39,409 bases of DNA from Gemmatimonadota bacterium (GCA_035687725.1 DASRVB010000094.1:1-39409), one strand, 5' to 3'. Counted from the stretch's first letter, positions 9,889-18,387 are shown. Made by a program: numbers and translations. Notes: generated by a model from the sequence alone, not told the origin.

Positions 9889-11112
9889 ATGGCGAAGCTC
9901 GACGCCGGCAAGCGAGACAAGCTCCCGGACACGGCCTTCGCGTACGTCGACTCCCGTGGCAAGCGGCGGCTGCCGATTCACGACGAGTCGCACGTGCGAA
10001 ACGCTCTGGCCCGGTTCAACCAGGTGCGGTTCGAGGACGATGCCGCGCGCGAGCGGGCGCGAAAGCGCCTGCTGACCGCAGCGAAGAAGTACGGCATCGT
10101 CCCGATCGGGTTCATGACGGGGCAGATCGAGACCGAGAGGACGCACGCTGTCGCCGGCCGGCTGGTCATCGAGCTCGGCCGCAGTGGGGCGCCGGGCGAG
10201 CTCGAGCAGCGGCTCCGGAGCGTGCTCCGCGATCCGAGCCTCGCCGTCCTCCACTGGTCGCAATCGTCGGGCGCCTATCTCGACGCTCACGGCAAGCCCG
10301 TCGCGCTGCCGGCCGAGAGCGACGCGCGGGCGGTCACGTATCTGGAGCGCGAGGGCCGCCCGATGACCGCGCTCGTCCACGACCCGAAGGTCCTCGAGGA
10401 CCCGCGGCTCGCGGAGACGGTGCTCGCGGCCGTTCGCTTCGTCATCGAGAAGGACCGCGCGTACGATCGTGTGGACGCGACCGCGACCAGCGCTGCGGCG
10501 CTGCCGGCCGGATTCGTCACGCTCCTCATGAGCGACATCGAGGGCTCCACCGCGCTCCTGCGCCGGCTCGGCGACCGGTACCGGGACCTGCTGACCGACG
10601 TGCGCGACATCCAGCGCGCCGCGGTCTCGCGGGCCAAGGGGCGCGAGATCGACTTCCGCGCCGATGAGTTCTTCGCGGTGTTCGAGCGCCCGGGTGACGC
10701 GGTCAAGTCGGCGGCGAAGATGCAGCGGACCCTGCGCGAGCGGGACTGGCCGGATGGCCTCGACGTCCGGGTCCGGATCGGGATCCACAGCGGGCGCCCG
10801 ACCCTGACCGACGCGGGCTACATCGGGCTCGCTGTCCACACCGCCGCGCGCGTCTGCGCCGCGGCGCACGGCGGCCAGATCCTGATCTCGGGAGCGACGC
10901 GCGAGGCCATGGGCAGCCCGGTGCCGGAAGGGTACCGGTTCCGCGACCTCGGCAGACACCGCCTTCAGGGCCTGCCCGAACGGGAAGCGCTGCTTCAGGT
11001 CCTGGGGAGGGGGCTCCGGGCGAGCTTCCCGCCCCCCAGGACCAAGAGCCGCCCGCGGAAGCGACGCGGGGGCGGCGGCCGTGCAACCTCGCGCCCCCGG
11101 CCCCCTCGCTAG
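9889..11112 (+). CDS. Class III adenylate/guanylate cyclase with N-terminal DUF6582-like domain and central GAF-like segment, 407 aa
   Basis: N-terminus RDKLPDTAFAY...LPIHDESHVRNALARFNQV. Cyclase motifs VTLLMSDIEGST, ADEFFAVF, VRVRIGIHSG, YIGLAVHTAARV, GGQILIS, LGRHRLQG. Confidence 0.85.
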   Translation: MAKLDAGKRDKLPDTAFAYVDSRGKRRLPIHDESHVRNALARFNQVRFEDDAARERARKRLLTAAKKYGIVPIGFMTGQIETERTHAVAGRLVIELGRSGAPGELEQRLRSVLRDPSLAVLHWSQSSGAYLDAHGKPVALPAESDARAVTYLEREGRPMTALVHDPKVLEDPRLAETVLAAVRFVIEKDRAYDRVDATATSAAALPAGFVTLLMSDIEGSTALLRRLGDRYRDLLTDVRDIQRAAVSRAKGREIDFRADEFFAVFERPGDAVKSAAKMQRTLRERDWPDGLDVRVRIGIHSGRPTLTDAGYIGLAVHTAARVCAAAHGGQILISGATREAMGSPVPEGYRFRDLGRHRLQGLPEREALLQVLGRGLRASFPPPRTKSRPRKRRGGGGRATSRPRPPR

Positions 11113-12188
11113 CCGAGCACGACGGGCAGACCCAGGAACTCGCCATACCGGCGGGCGGCGGCGGCGACGGCGCGCGCACGGGATCTCGATGGCGGATCGA
11201 AATGGCGCGTCTCGATCGTGACCGCCTTCGCGCTCATCCTGCGCTTCCAGGTTCCGACGACGCGACCGTCGATCGCTATGACGGCGCTCAGCGCGTTCCC
11301 CATCCCTACGAGCTTCTTCGCGTGCCGCGGTTCGACCATCGCGCTCCGATCCCTGTAGGAGGAGATGAGCTCGTCATAGAGGGAGAGCAGGTACGCGGTG
11401 GGGACCGAAGCGGGCGCGGGCCGCGTGTCGGGAAACCAGAGCGTCGCGCCGTTCGCCTCCACGCTGCGCAGATCCGCCGCGACGGACTCGAGTCCCTGCC
11501 GGGCGTCGGACACCGTGAGTCCCGCCCACTTCGCGAAGTCTTGAACCGAGGCGGGGCCGCGGCTTCGGAAGTAGCGCGAAGCGAGCTCTGCCAGCGCCGC
11601 GTCTCGCGCGAGGGTTCGACGGTGAGGCGCGCGGTCGTCGAGGAGCGCATAGGTGAACTGCTTCCCCTTCCGGGGACCGCTGCACACGATCCCGTCGAGC
11701 TCGGCCAGCGCCATGATGTGCGTCATGCGCTCGACCCCCAGAGATCGAATCCCCGCCTGCGTCAGCACCTCCCGCAGCTCGTCGCGCGTCCGCGGGACCC
11801 CGTCGAGGAGGGACTTCCCGATCGCGGCGCCGGCGCGGCGCAGCGTCCGCGCGTCCAGCTCGAGCTGCTTGTGCCGATACGCCAGCCCGGCCTTGACGCG
11901 CGGCGCGGTCAGCGCAAGGAGCCAGCGGATGTCGGCGGGCCGGACGAAGTGCCAGGTAGGTCTCAGCAGGTGGGTGCGCAGGATGGCGCCGTCGTCGAAC
12001 GCCCGCTCCACGTCCGCGTCGACCGCGGATCGCATCCTCGAGCCGAGCGCCCACTTCGCGGCCGGATAGTCCTGGGCCTGGACGGCGCAAAGCCATTCGA
12101 CCACCGCGGCGGGCGAGCTCAGCGTCGGGCGGCTGAGACGCAGGTTGTGGAGCCGCCGCCGGAGGATGTCCGCTTGGCGCGCCTTCAG
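11109..12188 (-). CDS. AlkZ-like (HTH_42 winged-helix) DNA glycosylase
   Basis: AVQAQD (QxQ), LRTHLLRPTWHFV, GPASVQDFAKWAG, LLSLYDE, DGRVVGTW. Track start is GTG 12104, but the family-like N-terminus DILRRRLHNLRLS continues in frame to CTG 12188. Confidence 0.85.
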   Translation of the reverse strand: MKARQADILRRRLHNLRLSRPTLSSPAAVVEWLCAVQAQDYPAAKWALGSRMRSAVDADVERAFDDGAILRTHLLRPTWHFVRPADIRWLLALTAPRVKAGLAYRHKQLELDARTLRRAGAAIGKSLLDGVPRTRDELREVLTQAGIRSLGVERMTHIMALAELDGIVCSGPRKGKQFTYALLDDRAPHRRTLARDAALAELASRYFRSRGPASVQDFAKWAGLTVSDARQGLESVAADLRSVEANGATLWFPDTRPAPASVPTAYLLSLYDELISSYRDRSAMVEPRHAKKLVGMGNALSAVIAIDGRVVGTWKRRMSAKAVTIETRHFDPPSRSRARAVAAAARRYGEFLGLPVVLG

Positions 12189-12562
12189 TGTCGCTCCGCG
12201 GCAGCCGCCTCCTCGCGGGTGTGGTGCACGGTGCCGTCCGCGTGCTCGGGCGGGCTGTACAGCGTATAGAGCCGGAGAGCCTCGTCGTCGGAGGTGTTCT
12301 TGACGTTGTGCTCGACGCCGGCGGGAATTACGACGGCGCTGCCGTCCTCGAGGTCGCTTCGTTTGCCGTTCAGCTGCACGTACCCACGGCCGGCTTCGAC
12401 CCGAACGAACTGATCGTGCCCGTCATGAGTCTCCAGGCCGATATCCTCCCCGGGCTGCAGCGTCATCAGGACGAGCTGGGTATTCGGCCCAGTGAAGACG
12501 ACGCGACGGAAATGCTTGTTCGCGATGGTGTCTCTTTCGATGTTGGTCACGTACCCCGCCAT
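12185..12562 (-). CDS. Cupin domain protein
   Basis: QLVLMTLQPGEDIGLETH...DQFVRVEAG...IPAGVEHNVKNT...LYTLYSPPEH; GGAGGA RBS. Confidence 0.9.
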   Translation of the reverse strand: MAGYVTNIERDTIANKHFRRVVFTGPNTQLVLMTLQPGEDIGLETHDGHDQFVRVEAGRGYVQLNGKRSDLEDGSAVVIPAGVEHNVKNTSDDEALRLYTLYSPPEHADGTVHHTREEAAAAERH

Positions 12563-12590
12563 GAGTCCTCCCCTTTGTCTCTGCTGTCGT

Positions 12591-13010
12591 TCAGGGTCGC
12601 GTACCCGGCGGGGAGGCGATCCCCCCGGGCGGAGCGTGTCGAAACGAGGTCTTCAGGGGCGCGAGCTTCCAGCGGCCGTAGACGACGAACAAGAGGAGGA
12701 TCCCCGTCACGGCGGGGAGGATCGCCCAGGTCCAGGACATGGTCATGAGCGTGACCACCGTGGCGCCGGTCACGATCACCAGGAGCCCGAGGGCTGCCAG
12801 CACCGTGAGGCCGGGCCGGATCTTGAAAAGTCCCGGGAGGATCAGGCCGAAGGCGCCGAGGATCTCGCACACGGAGATGAAACGGAGAAACCCCGCGGAG
12901 AGCGGGCTCCCCGCCGTCAGCTGCTCGGCCGGCATCATGAGCTTGGTCACTCCGGTGAACAGGAAGAGCGCCGCCAGCAGGATCTGGACGATCCAGAGCG
13001 TCCGGTTCAT
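12591..13010 (-). CDS. DoxX family membrane protein
   Basis: 3' part of track ORF 12591..13511; MNRTLWIVQILLAALFLFTGVTKL...EILGAFGLILP; ATG overlaps the yciI stop. Confidence 0.88.
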   Translation of the reverse strand: MNRTLWIVQILLAALFLFTGVTKLMMPAEQLTAGSPLSAGFLRFISVCEILGAFGLILPGLFKIRPGLTVLAALGLLVIVTGATVVTLMTMSWTWAILPAVTGILLLFVVYGRWKLAPLKTSFRHAPPGGIASPPGTRP

Positions 13011-13441
13011 GTCCGCTTCGCGACCTCCTCCCGGAGCTGCTGCTCCTTCTCCCGCAGCTCGGGCGTGAACTCCGCGCCAAAGTCCTCGGCCTCGAAGATC
13101 GGGCGGATCTCCACCACGCCTTCCTCCCTCGGATCTTCCGGCGCCGGGATCCGCCTGGCCCAGCCGATGGCATCCTCCAGGGACTGCACCTCCCAGATCC
13201 AATAGCCGGCCACGAGCTCCTTGGTTTCCGGGAAGGGCCCCCTGATGACGATGGGCTCGCCATCGACGGGGAACTTCACGCGCGCGCCCTTCGAGCTCGG
13301 ATGGAGCCCTTCCCCCGCCTGCATCACGCCGGCCTTCACCAGCTCCTCGTTGAACTCCATCATGTTGGCGAGGTCCTTCTCGGTGGGCATGATCCCGGCC
13401 TCGGATTCCTTGTTGGCCTTGACGATGACGATGCACCGCAT
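13007..13441 (-). CDS. YciI (DGPF-type) family protein
   Basis: FNEELVKAGV..AGEGLHPSSKGARV, GPFPETKELVAGYW, VEIRPIFE; AAAGGAG RBS before ATG 13441. Confidence 0.9.
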   Translation of the reverse strand: MRCIVIVKANKESEAGIMPTEKDLANMMEFNEELVKAGVMQAGEGLHPSSKGARVKFPVDGEPIVIRGPFPETKELVAGYWIWEVQSLEDAIGWARRIPAPEDPREEGVVEIRPIFEAEDFGAEFTPELREKEQQLREEVAKRT

Positions 13442-13515
13442 CGGAGATCTCCTTTCGGGTTGCATATCGCACGCGCTCGATCGAGGCGATTCTGCGGCGC
13501 CGTCCGGGCAATGGC

Positions 13516-13531
13516 TGTCAAAGGTCTGACA
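13516..13531. promoter_or_regulatory. TGTCA-N6-TGACA palindrome, candidate CRP/FNR-family binding site
   Basis: TGTCA AAGGTC TGACA in the divergent yciI/sdh intergenic region, just upstream of TTGCGT (13536-41), 17 nt, CAGAAT (13559-64). Confidence 0.5.
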
Positions 13532-13573
13532 AGCCTTGCGTCGGAGGCGGGGCACGGCCAGAATACCCCGGCC

Positions 13574-14386
13574 ATGACCGATTCGACCCTGAGCCAGGCG
13601 CTCGCGGAGCCGCGGCGCTTCGGGGAAACCGCGCGCCGGGACGCGTGGTGGCTCCAGCCGCTCGTCATCTTCCTGGGCCTCGGCGCCTTCGTCGTGTACG
13701 CGACCTGGGCGGCATTTCAAGGCGAGCACTACTCCTGGGGACCGTACCTCTCCCCGTTCTATTCGCCCGAGCTGTTCGGCGACTCGCCGCACGCGTGGTT
13801 CGGTCCCAGGCCGGGATGGTATCCGGCCTGGCTCCCGTGGTCGCCTGCGCTCCTCATCCTGTGGGCGCCCGGAGGCTTCCGCCTGACGTGCTACTACTAC
13901 CGAGGGGCCTACTACAAGGGCTTCTGGGCCGACCCGCCCTCGTGCGCGGTGGGCGAGCCGCGGTCGTCCTACAGGGGGGAGCGGTCGTTCCCGCTCATCC
14001 TCCAGAACGTCCACCGCTGGTTCCTGTATCTCGCGATCCCGTTCCTCGGGATCCTCTCGTACGACGTCTGGAGGGCGACGCGGTGGGAAGACGCAACGAC
14101 AGGGACGACGACATTCGGCATCGGAGTCGGAACGCTGGTCCTGGCCTTGAACGTGATCCTCCTCGGCGGATACACGCTGGGCTGTCACTCCCTGCGCCAC
14201 CTGGTCGGCGGGTATCTGGATCGGCTGTCGGGGAGACCTGCTCGGCTCACCGCCTACCGCTGCGTCTCCTGCCTCAATCGCCGCCACATGACGTGGGCGT
14301 GGCTCTCGCTCTTCTGGGTCGCGTTTTCCGATCTCTACGTGCGGCTCGTCTCGATGGGCGTCTGGACCGACCCGCGAATCCTGTGA
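13574..14386 (+). CDS. Succinate dehydrogenase membrane anchor, mycobacterial Sdh1 (Rv0249c-like) type, 270 aa
   Basis: YLSPFYSP, GFRLTCYYYRGAYY, FPLILQNVHRWF, YTLGCHSLRHLVGG, LNRRHM; sits directly before sdhA and sdhB. Confidence 0.85.
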   Translation: MTDSTLSQALAEPRRFGETARRDAWWLQPLVIFLGLGAFVVYATWAAFQGEHYSWGPYLSPFYSPELFGDSPHAWFGPRPGWYPAWLPWSPALLILWAPGGFRLTCYYYRGAYYKGFWADPPSCAVGEPRSSYRGERSFPLILQNVHRWFLYLAIPFLGILSYDVWRATRWEDATTGTTTFGIGVGTLVLALNVILLGGYTLGCHSLRHLVGGYLDRLSGRPARLTAYRCVSCLNRRHMTWAWLSLFWVAFSDLYVRLVSMGVWTDPRIL

Positions 14387-14414
14387 TCCCGACAGCAGAT
14401 TCCCGGCCGGCGCG

Positions 14415-16223
14415 ATGACCGAGCGCGAAGCGCGGGAGTACGACGTGCTCGTGATCGGCGCCGGAGGTGCGGGCCTGCGGGCCGCCATCGCGGCCTCCGG
14501 AGCCGGCGCGAGGGTCGGCGTCGTCTGCAAGTCGCTCCTCGGGAAGGCGCACACGGTCATGGCAGAGGGCGGGATCGCCGCGGCGCTCGCCAACGTCGAC
14601 GAGCGCGACGGCTGGCAGATTCATTTCGCCGACACGATGCGCGGCGGCCAGTACGTCAACGACTGGCGCATGGCCGAGCTCCACGCGAAAGAGTCCCCTG
14701 ACAGGGTGCGCGAGCTGGAGGCCTGGGGCGCGCTCTTCGACAGAACCTCCGACGGGCGGATCCTCCAGCGGAACTTCGGCGGCCACGCGTACCCGCGCCT
14801 CGCGCACGTGGGCGACCGCACCGGACTCGAGATGATCCGCACGCTCCAGGACCATGGGATCCACCGCGGGATCGAGTTCCACATGGAGGCGACGATCGTG
14901 CGACTCCTGACCGCGGACGGCCGGGTGGCGGGCGCGTTCGGCTACGACCGGGAGCGCGGGCGGTTTCTGCTCTTCGCGGCGGGGGCGGTGGTACTGGCGA
15001 CGGGGGGGATCGGACGCGCGTACGAGATCACGTCCAACTCATGGGAATACACCGGCGACGGGCATGCGCTGGCCTACGAGGCGGGCGCGGAGCTCGTTGA
15101 CATGGAGTTCCTCCAGTTCCATCCGACCGGGATGGTATGGCCGCCGTCGGTTCGCGGGATCCTCGTCACCGAAGGCGTCCGCGGCGAGGGGGGAATCCTC
15201 ACGAACAGCGAGGGGCGGCGGTTCATGTTCGACGACATCCCGCCGCTGTATCGCGACCAGACAGCCGACACGCCCGAGGAGGGGTGGCGTTACACGCAGG
15301 GCGACAAGAGCGCGCGCCGGCCGCCGGAGCTCCTGACGCGCGACCACGTGGCGCGGTGCATCGTGCGCGAGGTCCGGGAAGGGCGGGGGAGCCCGCACGG
15401 CGGCGTCTATCTCGACATCGCCTGGATCAAGGAGAAGCGCTCGGACGCGACCGAGCACATCCGGCGCAAGCTCCCCAGCATGTACCACCAGTTCAAGGAG
15501 CTGGCCGACCTCGACATCACCGAGCAGCCGATGGAGGTGGGGCCGACGACCCACTACGCGATGGGCGGCGTGAAGGTCGACGCCGAGAGCCAGATGTCCT
15601 CGCTCCCGGGACTCTTCGCGGCGGGCGAGGTGGCCGCCGGGCTCCACGGCGCCAACCGCCTGGGCGGGAATTCGCTCTCGGATCTCCTCGTGTTCGGGAA
15701 GCGCGCCGGCGATCACGCCGCGCAGTTCGCCGGCGCCCATGGCCCGCCGCGCATCGATCCGGGGCAGGTCGAGTCTGCTCAGCGGGAAGCACTGGCCCCG
15801 TTCGAGCGCGAATCGGGGGAGGGACCGTACCGGATCCAGCGCGACTTGCAGAGGATGATGCAGGCCAGGGTCGGCATCGTGCGGAACGAGGCCGACATGA
15901 AGGAGGCGATCGAAGGCCTGGCAGCCCTTCGCGAGCGCGCGGGGCGGGTCGGCGTGACGGGCCACCGGGAATACAACCCCGGCTGGCACACCGCGCTCGA
16001 CCTGCCCAACTTGCTGGTCGTGTCCGAGGCGGTGGCTCGCGCCGCGCTCGTGCGGGAGGAGAGCCGGGGTGCCCACTTCCGGGAGGATCGTCCCGCCAAA
16101 GAACCCGCGTTCGAGCGAACCCGGCTCGTAATTCGCAAGGGAGCCGACGGGATGGAGCTCCGCCGCGAGACCCTGCCTCCCCTGCCGCCGGAGCTCGCCC
16201 GGATCGTCGAGGAGAATCGCTGA
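14415..16223 (+). CDS. sdhA: Succinate dehydrogenase/fumarate reductase flavoprotein subunit
   Basis: DVLVIGAGGAG, GKAHTVMAEGG (covalent-FAD His), QFHPTG, TEGVRGEGG, HYAMGG, HGANRLGGNSL, ESRGAHFRED. Confidence 0.95.
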   Translation: MTEREAREYDVLVIGAGGAGLRAAIAASGAGARVGVVCKSLLGKAHTVMAEGGIAAALANVDERDGWQIHFADTMRGGQYVNDWRMAELHAKESPDRVRELEAWGALFDRTSDGRILQRNFGGHAYPRLAHVGDRTGLEMIRTLQDHGIHRGIEFHMEATIVRLLTADGRVAGAFGYDRERGRFLLFAAGAVVLATGGIGRAYEITSNSWEYTGDGHALAYEAGAELVDMEFLQFHPTGMVWPPSVRGILVTEGVRGEGGILTNSEGRRFMFDDIPPLYRDQTADTPEEGWRYTQGDKSARRPPELLTRDHVARCIVREVREGRGSPHGGVYLDIAWIKEKRSDATEHIRRKLPSMYHQFKELADLDITEQPMEVGPTTHYAMGGVKVDAESQMSSLPGLFAAGEVAAGLHGANRLGGNSLSDLLVFGKRAGDHAAQFAGAHGPPRIDPGQVESAQREALAPFERESGEGPYRIQRDLQRMMQARVGIVRNEADMKEAIEGLAALRERAGRVGVTGHREYNPGWHTALDLPNLLVVSEAVARAALVREESRGAHFREDRPAKEPAFERTRLVIRKGADGMELRRETLPPLPPELARIVEENR

Positions 16224-16239
16224 TGAAAAGGGTTCGCTG

Positions 16240-17028
16240 ATGGCGACGGCGACATTCCGGGTCTGGCGCGGGCAACGAGGCGTGGGCGAGTTCCGCGACT
16301 ACCGGACCGAGGTCTCCGAGGGCATGGTCGTGCTGGACGCGCTCCACGACATCCAGGCCGAGCAGGCCAACGACCTCGCGATCCGCTGGAACTGCAAGGC
16401 CGGCAAGTGCGGATCCTGCTCGGCCGAGGTCAACGGTATGCCGCGGCTCACCTGCATGACCCGCCTCTCCGATCTCGCCCTCGATCGACCTGTCACCGTG
16501 GAGCCGATGAAGGCGTTCCCGCACGTCAAGGACCTCGTCACCGACGTGAGCTGGAACTACGCGGTCAAGCGGAGCATCAAGCCGTTCCGCCCCCGCGAGC
16601 CCGATCATCCCGATGGGACCTGGCGCATGCAGCAGATCGACATCGACCGGGTGCAGGAGTTCCGGAAATGCATCGAGTGCTTCCTCTGCCAGGACGTCTG
16701 CCACGTCCTGCGCGATCACCATGAGCACGCGCGCTTCGCGGGCCCTCGCTACTACGTCTATGTCGCCGCGCTGGAGATGCATCCGCTGGATGTGGAGGAT
16801 CGGGTGGACGAGCTCAAGGAGGCGCACGGCATCGGCTTCTGCAACATCACGAAGTGTTGCACGAAGGTGTGTCCCGAATCGATCACCATCACCGATAACG
16901 CGATCATCCCTCTCAAGGAGCGGGTCGTGGATCATCACTTCGATCCGCTGGCGCGACTGTGGCGGACGCTGCGTGGCAAACGGGCGGCCGGCGCGCCGGA
17001 ACCACACGGAGCGGCGACGACCCGATGA
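16240..17028 (+). CDS. sdhB: Succinate dehydrogenase/fumarate reductase iron-sulfur subunit
   Basis: CKAGKCGSC...C (2Fe-2S), CIECFLCQDVC, CNITKCCTKVCP. Confidence 0.95.
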   Translation: MATATFRVWRGQRGVGEFRDYRTEVSEGMVVLDALHDIQAEQANDLAIRWNCKAGKCGSCSAEVNGMPRLTCMTRLSDLALDRPVTVEPMKAFPHVKDLVTDVSWNYAVKRSIKPFRPREPDHPDGTWRMQQIDIDRVQEFRKCIECFLCQDVCHVLRDHHEHARFAGPRYYVYVAALEMHPLDVEDRVDELKEAHGIGFCNITKCCTKVCPESITITDNAIIPLKERVVDHHFDPLARLWRTLRGKRAAGAPEPHGAATTR

Positions 17029-17519
17029 CCGACCTCAAGCCGATCTCGCGAGAATCGATTCCTCACGCGCTCGAGAAGGTCGAGCGATACAGGCTGCTCA
17101 ACGAGCCCAACGAGGCGGAGTCGATCTGCCGGGACATCTTGCGAACCGATCCCGGGAACGCGCGGGCGCTCGTCATGCTGCTTCTCACGCTGACCGACCA
17201 GTTCAGCGGTTATCGGGGAGCGCGAGTGAACGAGGCGCGAGAGATCCTCGAGCGGCTCGAGGGAGAGTACGAGCGAGCCTACTATGAAGGGATCATCTGC
17301 GAGCGGCAGGGGAAGGCCCTCCTCCGTGGTACCACCGGGTCCGAAGTGAGCAGTCATGGGTGGATCCAGGAGGCGATGCGGGCGTACGAACGGGCGGAGG
17401 CGCTCCGGCCGACGGGCAATGACGACGCGATCCTGCGCTGGAACGCGTGCGCGCGGCTGCTGCGCGACCGCAAGCTGGGGCCCCGGCCGGAAGACGAGAT
17501 CGAGGTTCCCATCGAGTGA
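17025..17519 (+). CDS. Hypothetical TPR-like helical protein coupled to sdhB, 164 aa
   Basis: ATGA overlap with the sdhB stop; helical repeats (EAESICRDILRTDPGNARAL; AYYEGIICER; AYERAEALRPTGNDDAILRWNAC). Confidence 0.8.
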   Translation: MTDLKPISRESIPHALEKVERYRLLNEPNEAESICRDILRTDPGNARALVMLLLTLTDQFSGYRGARVNEAREILERLEGEYERAYYEGIICERQGKALLRGTTGSEVSSHGWIQEAMRAYERAEALRPTGNDDAILRWNACARLLRDRKLGPRPEDEIEVPIE

Positions 17520-17574
17520 TCGGTCGACGAAGCGGGCGCTCGCCGGCTTCCTGCGGGGACACGCTGAGGAGTGG

Positions 17575-18387
17575 CTAGGCGAACCTCGCGTCGATCTCGT
17601 CGAACGGGACCGCTTCCCCGAGGCGCGTGAAGCTCCCCCGCTCGCGGATCTCCCGGGCGGCCTGGAGAAAGCCGGACCAGGCGGCGCGCGCGAGCGCGCC
17701 CCCCACGCTGATCCGTCGGACCCCCAGCTCGGCCAGCTCGGTCACGGTGGCGAAGCCGCTTCCCACCAGCACGTTGACCGGCCTGGGAGCGACGGCCGCG
17801 ACCACCGCCGTGATCTCCTCGCGGGTGCGGATTCCGGGTGCGTACAGGCAGTCGGCGCCGGCCTCGGCATAGGCCGAGAGCCGCCGGATCGTCTCGTCCA
17901 GATCCGGGCGCCCGACGATGAACCCCTCGGAGCGGCCGGTCAGGAGAACGACCGTCCCGCCGGCGTCGATGGCCTCGCGGGCCGCTTGGACGCGCTCCAC
18001 GGCGAGGGGGAGGTCGAACAGGGGACGCGCCGGAACGCCGGTCGAGTCCTCGATCGACAGGCCCGCCACGCCCGTCTCCACGGCGGCCGCGACGTTGGTT
18101 GCCACACCTTGGGGATCGACGGCGAACCCGCCCTCGAAGTCGCCGTTTACGGGCACGTCCACGGCGCTCGCGATGGAGCGGAAGTGGCCGAGCGCCTCTT
18201 CCAGCGTCACGTGGTTGTCGGACCGCCCGACGGACCACGCGAACCCCGAGCTCGTCGTGGCGAGCGCTGGGAATCCGAGCTGGACGAGGACCTTCGCGCT
18301 TCCGACATCCCACGGGTTGGGGATTACGAAGCACCCCGCCGCGTGCAGCTCGCGGAAGGCGGCGATGCGTTCGCCGGCGCGCATCAT
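17575..18387 (-). CDS. Isocitrate lyase/PEP mutase family protein
   Basis: PNPWDVGSA, GFPALATTSSG, VPVNGDFEGGF, GLSIED, YAEAGADCLY, RRISVG; start at the MM codons 18387/18384. Confidence 0.9.
   Translation of the reverse strand: MMRAGERIAAFRELHAAGCFVIPNPWDVGSAKVLVQLGFPALATTSSGFAWSVGRSDNHVTLEEALGHFRSIASAVDVPVNGDFEGGFAVDPQGVATNVAAAVETGVAGLSIEDSTGVPARPLFDLPLAVERVQAAREAIDAGGTVVLLTGRSEGFIVGRPDLDETIRRLSAYAEAGADCLYAPGIRTREEITAVVAAVAPRPVNVLVGSGFATVTELAELGVRRISVGGALARAAWSGFLQAAREIRERGSFTRLGEAVPFDEIDARFA

Noticed and set aside
9889-11112. Pycsar/CBASS-type anti-phage system built on the cyclase
   Set aside because: No adjacent cNMP-binding, TIR or membrane effector gene; the neighbours are an MFS transporter and an AlkZ-like gene.
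17575-18387. Phosphonate biosynthesis through PEP mutase
   Set aside because: The PepM EDKxxxxxNS motif is absent (EDSTGVP here) and there are no phosphonate pathway genes.
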